Assembly (NCBI GenBank): GCA_039190745.1
Contig: JBCCXZ010000033.1
Location: 1 to 42,168, forward strand
Direction: 5' to 3'
Length of the DNA: 42,168 nt
Source of the DNA: Planctomycetota bacterium
GTDB taxonomy: Bacteria > Planctomycetota > Planctomycetia > Pirellulales > Lacipirellulaceae
The notes under the pieces were generated by a model, which worked only from the letters and a program-made list of their open reading frames with translations, was not told the DNA's origin and did not search any database. Below are positions 19,039-27,870 of the stretch, in pieces. The position numbers and the translations under genes are program-made. Positions within the stretch are counted from its first letter, which is position 1. Every line of letters begins with the position of its first letter.

Positions 19039-19308
19039 TTACTTCTTGCCTTTGCCGCCGTGACCGCGGAAGTTCCGCGTCGGCGAAAACTCGCCCAGCT
19101 TGTGGCCGACCATGTCTTCGGTGACGAACACCTTCAGATGGGCCTTGCCGTTGTGCACCATAAACGTGTGGCCAACAAACTCGGGGATGATCGTGCAGGC
19201 ACGCGCCCAAGTGGTGATCGGCTCTTTCATGCCCGCGTCGTTCTGCTTCTCTACCTTCAAGTAGAGCTTCGGGTCGACGTAGGGGCCCTTTTTAAGTGAA
19301 CGTCCCAT
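19039..19308 (-). CDS. rpsS: 30S ribosomal protein S19
   Basis: [25 protein letters not shown]. Confidence 0.99.
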   Translation of the reverse strand: MGRSLKKGPYVDPKLYLKVEKQNDAGMKEPITTWARACTIIPEFVGHTFMVHNGKAHLKVFVTEDMVGHKLGEFSPTRNFRGHGGKGKK

Positions 19309-19391
19309 GGCGGGCGATTAGCTATGAGCCGTAAGCGTCTAGCACCGATTCGGCCAAACGCCCTTCAACGACTCGCGGCTACCTCCAGTTT

Positions 19392-20255
19392 CTATTTCTT
19401 GATCAATTTCAATTGGCCGTAACGCTTGCTGCGACGCCGACGGACGATGGCTTTGTTCGAGGCCTTCCGCCGCTTACGCGTCGAGCCGCCCTTCGCCGGG
19501 ACGCCGCTGGGGCTCACCGGGTGGCGGCCGCCCTTGGTGCGGCCTTCGCCGCCGCCGTGCGGGTGGTCGATCGGGTTCATCGCCGTGCCGCGGACGTGCG
19601 GCCGGCGGCCCATCCAACGCTTGCGGCCCGCCTTGCCCAGCACTACCGCGCTGTGGTCGCCGTTGCTCGTCGAACCGACCGTCGCCCGACAGGCCGAGGG
19701 GATACGCCGGATCTCACCGCTCGGCAGCGAGATCTGGGCCCAATCCGCTTCGCGGGCCATCAGTGTGGCGCTCGTGCCGGCGCTGCGGCACAGCACGCCG
19801 CCGCGGCCGGGCTGCAGCTCGATGTTGAACACCGAAGTTCCCAGCGGCATGTTCGCCAGCGGCAGGCAGTTGCCCACCTTGGCCGGCGCGTCGGGGCCGC
19901 TCATGACCTGGTCGCCTGCGCTCAGGCCCTCTGGCGCCACGATGTATCGCTTCTCGCCATCGGCGTAGTGCAGCAGCGCGATCCGGGCCGACCGGTTCGG
20001 GTCGTACTGGATCGAATCGACCTTCGCGGGCACGCCGTCCTTGTTGCGGCGGAAGTCGATCAGCCGATAGCGACGCTTGTGCCCGCCGCCGCGGTGCCGA
20101 CTGGTGATCTTGCCCTGGTTGTTCCGGCCGCCGGTCTTCACGATCGGACGCAGCAGGCTCTTCTCCGGCTTCGCACCGGGAGTGAGCTCCGCAAAGTCGC
20201 TCACGCTCGCCCCGCGGCGGCCCGGCGTCGTCGGTTTGTATTTTCTGATGCCCAT
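19392..20255 (-). CDS. rplB: 50S ribosomal protein L2
   Basis: [27 protein letters not shown]. Confidence 0.99.
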   Translation of the reverse strand: MGIRKYKPTTPGRRGASVSDFAELTPGAKPEKSLLRPIVKTGGRNNQGKITSRHRGGGHKRRYRLIDFRRNKDGVPAKVDSIQYDPNRSARIALLHYADGEKRYIVAPEGLSAGDQVMSGPDAPAKVGNCLPLANMPLGTSVFNIELQPGRGGVLCRSAGTSATLMAREADWAQISLPSGEIRRIPSACRATVGSTSNGDHSAVVLGKAGRKRWMGRRPHVRGTAMNPIDHPHGGGEGRTKGGRHPVSPSGVPAKGGSTRKRRKASNKAIVRRRRSKRYGQLKLIKK

Positions 20256-20287
20256 GGCTGCAGACCTTAGCTCTTAGCCGTCTATCC

Positions 20288-20605
20288 TTAAAAGAAATCG
20301 ATGCGGTGCTCGGGGTCGAGCGTCACGATCGCCTTCTTCCAATCCTTCGTGTAACCAAAACGGAACCGGGTCCGACGCGGCTTGCCCTTGCGGTTCTGCG
20401 TGTGGACCTTCACCACCTTCACGTCGAACAGCTTCTCGACCGCCGACCGAACGTCCTCCTTGGTCGCCATCCGGTGGACCTCGAAAGCGTAGGCGTTGTA
20501 CCGCGTCGAGCGGTGCATGCCCTTCTCGGTGACCAACGGCTTGATGATCACTTGGTGCGGCTCGAGCTTGATCGACGGCTCGGCCGTCGCCTGACGCTTG
20601 ATCAT
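20288..20605 (-). CDS. rplW: 50S ribosomal protein L23
   Basis: PLVTEK, FDVKV, WKKAIVTL. Confidence 0.97.
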   Translation of the reverse strand: MIKRQATAEPSIKLEPHQVIIKPLVTEKGMHRSTRYNAYAFEVHRMATKEDVRSAVEKLFDVKVVKVHTQNRKGKPRRTRFRFGYTKDWKKAIVTLDPEHRIDFF

Positions 20606-21291
20606 GATTTACCCTCGCCTTCCGGGGCGGCAGCGGCTTTCTTTCCGCCCGACTTCTTGGAACCAGAGGCCGCCCGCTCTTTCAGCTTGTCGAGCGCCGC
20701 GGTGGTTGCCAGCAGACGCCGCGAAGAGAGCACGGCCAACGCGTTCAGGTCGCCCGCCGGGCAGACCGACACGCGGGGGATGTTGCGTGCGCTCTTGTAG
20801 ACGTTCGTGCTATTCTCGCCGGTGGCGACCAACAGCGACTCGCCCTCGCAGCCCAGGTGCTTCAGAACCGAGACCATGTCCTTCGTCTTCGGCGCGTCGA
20901 AGGCGAGGTCGTCGATGATCAGCAGCTCTTCGTCCACCACCTTCGAGGCGACGGCCATCTGCGTCGCCAAACGCAGGGCCTTGCGGGGCATCGCGTAGGA
21001 GTAGTCGCGTTGCGTCTTCTTGTGGATGTGACCGCCGGCGCGACGCGTGCCGCTCCGCCGCGAGCCGGCCCGGGCATTGCCCGTGCCCTTCTGGCGGTAC
21101 AGCTTCTTGGTGGAGCCGGCGACCTCGCCGCGGCTCTTGGTGCGGTGCGAACCCTGGCGCTGATTCGCCTGGTACATCACCACCGCGTCGTGCAGCAGCT
21201 GCCTGTTGATCTGCGGGGCCAGGTCGGTCGCCTCGATCGTGTAGGTGCCGACCTTCTTGCCCTTGGCGTCGTGTACGGGAAGTTTTGGCAT
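20602..21291 (-). CDS. rplD: 50S ribosomal protein L4
   Basis: RQGSHRTKSRGEV, YRQKGTGNARAGS; ATG at 21291. Confidence 0.97.
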   Translation of the reverse strand: MPKLPVHDAKGKKVGTYTIEATDLAPQINRQLLHDAVVMYQANQRQGSHRTKSRGEVAGSTKKLYRQKGTGNARAGSRRSGTRRAGGHIHKKTQRDYSYAMPRKALRLATQMAVASKVVDEELLIIDDLAFDAPKTKDMVSVLKHLGCEGESLLVATGENSTNVYKSARNIPRVSVCPAGDLNALAVLSSRRLLATTAALDKLKERAASGSKKSGGKKAAAAPEGEGKS

Positions 21292-21338
21292 GACTTGTTT
21301 CGACCGGCTCTTCGCCGCCGACCTCCTTACAGCAAACC

Positions 21339-22073
21339 TTAGAGCGTATTGGTCGGCTGGACGATGACGTAACCGCCGTTCGGGCCCGGCACGGCGCCGC
21401 GGATCACGAGCAGGTTCTGCTCGGCGTCGAGGCTGACGACCTTCTGATTTCGGACGGTCACACGCTGATTGCCGTATTGACCCGGCATGCGGACGCCCTT
21501 GAACAAGCGGCTGGGGTAAGCACTGCAGCCGGTGCCGCCGAGGTGACGGTGACACTTCTTGACGCCGTGCGTGGCACGCTGACCGGAGAAGTTGTGCCGC
21601 TTCATGGCGCCGGAGAAGCCGCGGCCCTTGCTCGTGGCAACGACGTCGACCTTCTCGACGCCCTCCATCGCTTCGACAGTGACTTGGGCGCCCACCTCAA
21701 GCCCGCCCGCGGTGCCGCGGATCTCGCGGACGAAACGCTTGGGCTCGCAGCCGGCCTTAGCAATGGCCTCAACACCTGCGGCGGCGCGGGCCTTCGAGCG
21801 CTTGCTGTCGAGCTTGGCGACATGGCCGCGTTCGCTGCGGCGGGCCAGCCGACGGGGCTTATCGAGATAGCCGAGCTGCACGGCTTCGTAGCCGTCGCGG
21901 TCGGCGGTGCGGACCTGCAAGACGTCGCAAGGGCCGGCCTGGACGACGGTCACCGGGACGACCTTGCCCGATTCGTCGTAGACCTGAGTCATCCCCACCT
22001 TGCGGCCCAAGATGCCCTTGGCCGGCTGCGTGGAGGCCCCGTTCGTAGCGGAGGTGCTTGTGGCGGATGCCAT
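21339..22073 (-). CDS. rplC: 50S ribosomal protein L3
   Basis: GRKVGMTQ, DGYEAVQLG, SKGRGFSG, GAVPGPNG. Confidence 0.99.
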   Translation of the reverse strand: MASATSTSATNGASTQPAKGILGRKVGMTQVYDESGKVVPVTVVQAGPCDVLQVRTADRDGYEAVQLGYLDKPRRLARRSERGHVAKLDSKRSKARAAAGVEAIAKAGCEPKRFVREIRGTAGGLEVGAQVTVEAMEGVEKVDVVATSKGRGFSGAMKRHNFSGQRATHGVKKCHRHLGGTGCSAYPSRLFKGVRMPGQYGNQRVTVRNQKVVSLDAEQNLLVIRGAVPGPNGGYVIVQPTNTL

Positions 22074-22264
22074 CGCTCAATTCCCTACAAAAAAGTCGAC
22101 GTCTGCACGCCGGGCGGGAGACACGGGGACCTGCCCCGGCTTACCCGACCAGCTTCCGTTGCATAGCTGCCGTATCGCCCGTGGGTGTACTGCTAACGCT
22201 TACGCTTGACTCAACTCTGCTTGCCGGCGAGCTCCGCCCGCCCGACAACTCCATTGAAAACGCT

Positions 22265-22585
22265 TTAAGCGGTCGTCGCCTTGATCTTGATGTCGACGCC
22301 CGCCGGCAGGCTCAGCTTGTTCAGTGCTTCGATCGTCTTGGCAGTGGCCTGCACGATGTCGATCAGCCGCTTGTGCGTGCGGATCTCAAACTGCTGGCGG
22401 GCCTTCTTGTCCACGTGCGGGCCCGAGAGCACCGTGTACCGCTCGATCCGAGTCGGCAGCGGGATCGGCCCGTGCACCTCGGAGTTGGTCCGCTTGGCCG
22501 TGTCCACAATGTCCGCGGCGCTCTGGTCGAGCACCGAGTGGTCGTAGGCCTCCATCCGGATCCGAATGACTTCCTTCGCCGCCAC
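22265..22585 (-). CDS. rpsJ: 30S ribosomal protein S10
   Basis: [27 protein letters not shown]. Confidence 0.99.
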   Translation of the reverse strand: MAAKEVIRIRMEAYDHSVLDQSAADIVDTAKRTNSEVHGPIPLPTRIERYTVLSGPHVDKKARQQFEIRTHKRLIDIVQATAKTIEALNKLSLPAGVDIKIKATTA

Positions 22586-22716
22586 GCTGTTCTCCCAATT
22601 GCACTGCTACCGATGCCGAGGGCCGCTTCCGCGGGTAACGCCCAGCACGGTTTGCCTGTGGAACACTGCCTGCCAAAGAACTACTGCTCGCCGCCACGAA
22701 AAGTGACGAATCGCAA

Positions 22717-22745
22717 ATCCTAAACCTGCCCGGAGGCGGTGTCAA
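22717..22745 (-). promoter_or_regulatory. Putative S10-operon sigma70 promoter
   Basis: TTGACA-17 nt-TAGGAT on the minus strand. Confidence 0.7.
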
Positions 22746-22852
22746 CGACCCGCCAGGAGGAACTCGAGAAACCGCCGAAATAGCGGTTCGTGCCGACACG
22801 GAAATTACCGGCCCAGCTGCAAGCTAGCGGCGGCCCGCGCGGCTTCTGCCGA

Positions 22853-24940
22853 TCAGGTAAACCGCTCCATTACCTCCGGCGGGGCCGGCGAGTACCCGCT
22901 GGGCTCCATCGAGCAGCTCGCACGGCCCTGGCTCAGCGACCGCATCGCGCTGGAGTACCCGAACAGCTCTGCCAGCGGGGCCTCGGCGTGGATCACCGTA
23001 AGACTGCCACGGCTCTCGGAGTTGCTGATGATCGCCCGCCGCTGCTGCAGGTCGCCGATCAGGTCGCCCACGTGGTCCTCCGGGGAGCTGACGGCCATCG
23101 ACATAATCGGCTCCAGCAGCACCGTGCCCCCGGCGCGCAGGGCGGCGTCGAACGCCAGGCTGGCCGCGGTGCGGAAGGCGATTTCCGTCGAATCGGTCTC
23201 GTGCACCTCGCCGCGCAGCAGCCGCACTTTCAGCCGCATGAGCGGGAACCCCAGCACGCCGCCGCCCTCGGCCGCGTTCTGCAGCTCCTCCAGTACCACG
23301 GCCAGGAACTCCGGCGGCAGGCCGTGGTCCAGCGAGTTGCCCACCACCACGCCGGGCGTATCCATCGGCTCGACCGAAAGCGTGACATTGCCCACGTGCT
23401 GCACGCCGTTGATCAGACGGTTGCACTCGCCTTCGGTCTCGGCCGGGCCCCCGACCGTCTCGCGGTAGCTGACCCGCGGGTTGTGCACCTTCACGTTCAG
23501 GTTGAAATCCCGCTGCAAGCGGTGCTGGATCACCTCCAGGTGCAGCTCGCCCATGCCGCTGATGAGCGTCTGGCCCGTCTCCTCGTTCTCAATGGCCGTG
23601 AACGTGGGGTCCTGCTTCCGGAGCATGTCCAGCGTGTCGGCCAGCTTCTTCTTGTCGGCGGTCGTCTCCGGCTCGATCGCCATCGAGATCACCGTCTCGG
23701 GGAACTCGATCGACTCAAGCAGCACCGGCTCGCGGGTGTCGCAGATCGTGTCGCCGGTGACCGAGTCCCGCAGGCCGATCACCGCCACGATGTCGCCCGC
23801 CTCGGCCTGCTCGATCTGTTCGTCTTTCTTGCTGGCGTGGATCCGCCACAGCTGGGCGACGTTCTCTTTTTTGTTCTGCCCCGCGTTCAGCACGCGGCTG
23901 TTGCCCTTCAGCACGCCCGAGTAAATCCGCACCCAGTACAGGTCGCCCGTCTTGTACGGCAGGATCTTGAACACGAGTCCGCAGAAGGGTTCCTTGGGGC
24001 TCGGCTTCCGGCTCACCTGGGGCGGCTCGGCGTCTTTGCCCTTGAGCTTCGCCGTGGGGTCGACGCCCTCCACCGGCGGCCGGTCGAGCGGGTTCGGCAG
24101 GTAGGCGGCCACCGCGTCCAGCAGGGGCTGCACGCCCATGCCGTGCAGGGCCGAGCCGACCAGCACGGGCTGGATCTGCTGGTGGACCGTCGCGTCGCGG
24201 ATCACCGAGTGCATCAGCTCCTCGGGGATCGGCTCCTCGGCCAGGGCCAGCTCCATTAATGCGTCGCTGTAATTTGAGAGCTGCCCGACGAGCTCCTCCC
24301 GCCAGAGCGAGGCCGTCTCCGTTAGCTCGGCGGGGATCTCGGAGACCTCGACCTCGCGGCCCTCTTTGCCCTCGGGGAAGGTGAGCAGCTTCTGCTGGAC
24401 CAGGTCGAGCACGCCCCGGAACGGGTCGTCGACGTGCGCGGGCCCCTGCCCAACCGGCACCTGCAGCGCCACCGGGGTGGCCCCCAGCCGCTCACGGACT
24501 TCCTCGAACACCGCGTCGAAGTCGGCGCCCTCGCGGTCGAGTTTGTTGATAAACGCGATCCGCGGCACGCGGTACTTGTCCGCCTGCCGCCAGACCGTCT
24601 CGCTCTGGGCCTCGACGCCCTCCCGGGCGCTGAACACCACCACCGCCCCGTCGAGCACCCGCAGGCTCCGCTCCACCTCGGCCGTGAAGTCGACGTGCCC
24701 CGGCGTGTCGATCAGGTTGATCTGCACGTCCTTCCAGGGGAAGCGGACGCAGGCGCTGTAGATCGTGATGCCCCGCTCCGCCTCCTCGGAGTCGTCGTCC
24801 GTGGTGGTCGTGCCCCGGTCGACCTCGCCGGCGCGGTGCTTCGAGCCGGAGACGTACAGCATCCGCTCGGTGACGGTCGTCTTGCCGGCATCGATGTGGG
24901 CGATGATGCCCAGGTTCCGGAGCTTGGTGAGGTCGGCCAC
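22853..24940 (-). CDS. fusA: Elongation factor G (divergent paralog); GTG start at 24940 assumed
   Basis: AHIDAGKTT, ERGITI, DTPGHVDF, NKLD, SGMGELHL, LLEPIM. Confidence 0.95.
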   Translation of the reverse strand: MADLTKLRNLGIIAHIDAGKTTVTERMLYVSGSKHRAGEVDRGTTTTDDDSEEAERGITIYSACVRFPWKDVQINLIDTPGHVDFTAEVERSLRVLDGAVVVFSAREGVEAQSETVWRQADKYRVPRIAFINKLDREGADFDAVFEEVRERLGATPVALQVPVGQGPAHVDDPFRGVLDLVQQKLLTFPEGKEGREVEVSEIPAELTETASLWREELVGQLSNYSDALMELALAEEPIPEELMHSVIRDATVHQQIQPVLVGSALHGMGVQPLLDAVAAYLPNPLDRPPVEGVDPTAKLKGKDAEPPQVSRKPSPKEPFCGLVFKILPYKTGDLYWVRIYSGVLKGNSRVLNAGQNKKENVAQLWRIHASKKDEQIEQAEAGDIVAVIGLRDSVTGDTICDTREPVLLESIEFPETVISMAIEPETTADKKKLADTLDMLRKQDPTFTAIENEETGQTLISGMGELHLEVIQHRLQRDFNLNVKVHNPRVSYRETVGGPAETEGECNRLINGVQHVGNVTLSVEPMDTPGVVVGNSLDHGLPPEFLAVVLEELQNAAEGGGVLGFPLMRLKVRLLRGEVHETDSTEIAFRTAASLAFDAALRAGGTVLLEPIMSMAVSSPEDHVGDLIGDLQQRRAIISNSESRGSLTVIHAEAPLAELFGYSSAMRSLSQGRASCSMEPSGYSPAPPEVMERFT

Positions 24941-25011
24941 AGGAAACAACTAGGGGGTTGGTGGGCGTGGAATCCAAGAAACAGGGCGTCTTGAGTAGGA
25001 GCGGCTCTGGC

Positions 25012-25536
25012 TTACTCCGCTTCTTCCCAATACAGAATCTCGCCGTTCTTGCAGGCGAAGTACAGCGTCGCTCCGCACCCATAGTGGTAGATGCTCTGTT
25101 CGAAGTCTTCAACGCCCATACGATCGGCTGCAAGGAGCCCCCAGAACGACTCGGCGATCGAGGACTTCCGAGGGTCGTCGGGGCCCGGGTCCCCAAAAAG
25201 CAGCCCCGATTCTCCGTAGTTGTCCGTGAGCAAGAACGGAATCCCAAACTCAGAAGAGCGATCGACGGCTACGAACCCCTCCCACATTAAGCACTTCTCG
25301 TTGGCCTCATCATAGATCGGCGTGTAGCCGAAAACCCGCGGAACCCGAGCCCTGAGAAACGCCGCGTCGGCGTTGGGCGGACAAGAAACCGTTTGGCCGG
25401 GAGGACTGTCGCGGAACTTACTAAAGACTGTCCAGCCGTTGCCTTCAAGCTCGACGTCGGCGGGCACAAACTGCCATTCGGCGGCGCCGACCGGATGGCC
25501 CTTCGTATCGATCAGATTGCCGAAAGCGATTCGCAT
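25012..25536 (-). CDS. Hypothetical protein (orphan, lower GC)
   Basis: 174-aa ORF from the ATG at 25536 filling the gap before fusA; no recognisable motif. Confidence 0.65.
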   Translation of the reverse strand: MRIAFGNLIDTKGHPVGAAEWQFVPADVELEGNGWTVFSKFRDSPPGQTVSCPPNADAAFLRARVPRVFGYTPIYDEANEKCLMWEGFVAVDRSSEFGIPFLLTDNYGESGLLFGDPGPDDPRKSSIAESFWGLLAADRMGVEDFEQSIYHYGCGATLYFACKNGEILYWEEAE

Positions 25537-25655
25537 CACGACGGGGAACGTTCTCTCGGGTCTCGGGTACCTCCCTAGGCCCAAGCATCGAAAAGCAGGG
25601 CGTCACCGGCACATTGTGACCGACACGCCGCCCGCTGCAAACACGCCCGCCGGAG

Positions 25656-25868
25656 CTAACCGGACTCGCTCTCTCGGGCGCGGTACTCGTCCGTCAGCAC
25701 GCCGGCGTAGCCCCAGTTCTCGTCGTCCACCTCGTCGATGACCACGTGCGTATGCTCGGGCCGCTTTCCCAGCACCCGGCCCAACATCTCGGTGATCTCC
25801 CGGACGATCTGGGCTTTCTTCTCCCGCGTGACGCCGTCGCGGGTGACCTTCACATTGACGTAGGGCAT
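25656..25868 (-). CDS. 4-oxalocrotonate tautomerase family protein
   Basis: Met-Pro N-terminus (catalytic Pro1), 70 aa, EKKAQIV, VVIDEVDDENWG; GGAGG RBS. Confidence 0.9.
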   Translation of the reverse strand: MPYVNVKVTRDGVTREKKAQIVREITEMLGRVLGKRPEHTHVVIDEVDDENWGYAGVLTDEYRARESESG

Positions 25869-25966
25869 CGCGGCCTCCGCGCAAGAAAAAGGAGACTGGC
25901 CCCGCCGGGACCCGTCTCCTCTGTTTTTCCCTAAACTCTGATTTCCGACCCCTGCCCTCTCTCAGG

Positions 25967-26437
25967 CTACCAGCCGAAGTGGGCGAACGCCTTGTTCGCG
26001 TCGGCCATGCGGTGCACGTTCTCGCGGCGGGTCATCGCGGCACCCTCGCGGTTGTAGGCGGCGACCAGCTCATCGGCCAGCTTCATGTGCATCGGCCGGC
26101 CCTTCTTGTCGCGGACCGCCATCAGCAGCCAGCGGATCGCCAGCGACTGCTGACGCACCCGGTTCACCTGCATCGGCACCTGGTACGCGGCGCCGCCAAC
26201 GCGGCGGGAACGGACCTCGACGGCCGGCTTAATGTTCTCCAGGGCCTGCGTGAAGACCTCGATCGGCTCCTCGCCAGGCACGCGCTCCTTGATGAGGTCC
26301 AACGCGTCGTAGAACACCTTCAGGGCGGTGCTCTTCTTGCCGTCGAGCATCAGGCAGTTGACGAACTTGCTCGCCAGGATCGACCCGTGCACGGGGTCCG
26401 GCTTGAGCTGCTTGCGACTAGCGGTAATACGGGCCAT
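25967..26437 (-). CDS. rpsG: 30S ribosomal protein S7
   Basis: [34 protein letters not shown]. Confidence 0.99.
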   Translation of the reverse strand: MARITASRKQLKPDPVHGSILASKFVNCLMLDGKKSTALKVFYDALDLIKERVPGEEPIEVFTQALENIKPAVEVRSRRVGGAAYQVPMQVNRVRQQSLAIRWLLMAVRDKKGRPMHMKLADELVAAYNREGAAMTRRENVHRMADANKAFAHFGW

Positions 26438-26446
26438 AGAGAGCTG

Positions 26447-26516
26447 TTAGCAATTAGGTGTTAGCTGTTAGGAACGGGTTTCTGCGACTAGCTAATAGCT
26501 CACAGCTAATAGCTAA
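26447..26516. repeat. Inverted pair of heptamer arrays between rpsL and rpsG
   Basis: TTAGCAA-TTAGGTG-TTAGCTG-TTAGGAA (26447-26474) and TAGCTAA-TAGCTCA-CAGCTAA-TAGCTAA (26489-26516). Confidence 0.85.
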
Positions 26517-26523
26517 CCGCTCC

Positions 26524-26892
26524 TTAGGACTTCTTCGCCCCGTAGCGGCTGCGGGACTGCTTCCGGCCGTCGACACCCAGCGTGTCGAGCGCCCCGCGGA
26601 CCACCTGGTAGCGGACGCCCGGCAGGTCGCGGACCCGGCCGCCGCGCACCAGCACGATACTGTGCTCCTGCAGCGTGTGGCCCTCGCCGGGGATGTACAC
26701 GGTGACTTCTTTGCCGTTGGAGAGCCGCACACGCGTGATCTTTCGCAGCGCGGAGTTCGGCTTCTTGGGCGTCATCGTCCGCACCTGCAGGCACACGCCC
26801 CGCTTCTGCGGGCAGCGTTCCAGCACGGGCGACTTGCTGAACTTCCGCTTCTTCTTGCGGTTCTTGCGGACGAGTTGATTGATCGTGGGCAT
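26524..26892 (-). CDS. rpsL: 30S ribosomal protein S12
   Basis: [31 protein letters not shown]. Confidence 0.99.
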   Translation of the reverse strand: MPTINQLVRKNRKKKRKFSKSPVLERCPQKRGVCLQVRTMTPKKPNSALRKITRVRLSNGKEVTVYIPGEGHTLQEHSIVLVRGGRVRDLPGVRYQVVRGALDTLGVDGRKQSRSRYGAKKS

Positions 26893-26952
26893 GCCTAGCA
26901 CTCGTGGTCGACGGACGCACTGCGTCCGCCAGCGGGCCGCAGAGAACCCTCT

Positions 26953-26980
26953 AAAATACCGGCGGCCAACTGTCTGTCAA
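26953..26980 (-). promoter_or_regulatory. Putative str-operon promoter
   Basis: TTGACA-16 nt-TATTTT on the minus strand. Confidence 0.5.
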
Positions 26981-27058
26981 CGGCCCTCAGGGGATTCCCG
27001 GGGGGACCCGGCCCTTGCTAGCCGCCGAGCTACGCCTCGGCGGCTGCCCCGCCCGGAA

Positions 27059-27072
27059 TGCTACAATGGAGG
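27059..27072 (+). promoter_or_regulatory. Extended -10 (TGnTACAAT) immediately followed by GGAGG
   Basis: TGCTACAATGGAGGC directly before the ATG at 27074. Spacing suggests a leaderless or very short leader transcript. Confidence 0.5.
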
Positions 27073-27073
27073 C

Positions 27074-27310
27074 ATGGCCCAGAGCTCAGAAACACCCCCG
27101 ACCGACCAACCCGCAGTCCCCGCGGAATGGCTCTCCGAGTTCGAGGCCGCCGCCCGCCGTCCGCTGGAGCAGCGCTGGCGGTACGCCTTCATCAAGACGT
27201 ACAAACCGGTCCTGGACGACGCAGGCTTCCGGTCGTTCGAAACCATGGCCGACTACCGCCAATGGTGCGAAGACAACCTCCCAAGCTGGCTGGGCTATGG
27301 CCGCTTTTGA
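27074..27310 (+). CDS. Small hypothetical protein (78 aa), candidate antitoxin
   Basis: Good codon bias, promoter-like sequence upstream, 14-nt overlap with the downstream nucleotidyltransferase-like gene. Confidence 0.75.
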   Translation: MAQSSETPPTDQPAVPAEWLSEFEAAARRPLEQRWRYAFIKTYKPVLDDAGFRSFETMADYRQWCEDNLPSWLGYGRF

Positions 27311-27767
27311 GTACCGCCAAGCCGAGGAAGTCCGCGACGCCTTCGCCAGTCACGGCGTCCGCTACCTGTTCCTCGGCAAGTCCGCCGCCATCCTGCTCGG
27401 CTTCCCGGACACAACCCAAGACGCGGACCTGTTCCTGCTGAAATCGCCGGAGAACGGCGCCGCGGCGGTGAAGGCCATCCGCTCACTCGGCTTCACCCTC
27501 AGCGAAAGGCAAGCCGCTGAGGTCGAACGCGGCAAGGACTTTGTCCAGCTCAAGGACGGCCCCTTCGACCTGGACCTCGTGTTCGCTCCCGACGGAATCG
27601 AACACTTCGACGACGCCTGGCAGCGGCGGGTCGAGGTCGACGGATTTCCCGTGTGCCACCCGGACGACATCATTGCCAGCAAGCGCGCCGCGAACCGGGT
27701 GAAAGACCGCGAATCTTTGCCGCGGCTGGAGGCCTTCCGCGACTACTGGGTACAGAAACACCAGTAG
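27297..27767 (+). CDS. Nucleotidyltransferase-fold protein (Pol-beta superfamily, DUF6036/AbiEii-like)
   Basis: hhG(K)SA-x3-G-x3-T-x2-DxD motif (LFLGKSAAILLGFPDTTQDADL), a later DLDL and C-terminal K-x4-R-x-KD. Confidence 0.75.
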   Translation: MAAFEYRQAEEVRDAFASHGVRYLFLGKSAAILLGFPDTTQDADLFLLKSPENGAAAVKAIRSLGFTLSERQAAEVERGKDFVQLKDGPFDLDLVFAPDGIEHFDDAWQRRVEVDGFPVCHPDDIIASKRAANRVKDRESLPRLEAFRDYWVQKHQ

Positions 27768-27870
27768 TTTTCTGGAGCGTTCTCAGACCGAACCGCTGCG
27801 CTCCCGCAAGCGTCTTCCTAACGAACCCGCCCCTATCCTCCTACCAACCTCCGTCCGGACCGAACCCCGC

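Noticed and set aside
20602..21555. Long N-terminal extensions given by the ORF track for rplD, rplA, rpmC, rplP, rpsL and the NTase (27015 start)
   Set aside because: The upstream parts overlap neighbouring genes or spacers and are not homolog-like. Downstream starts match the family N-termini.
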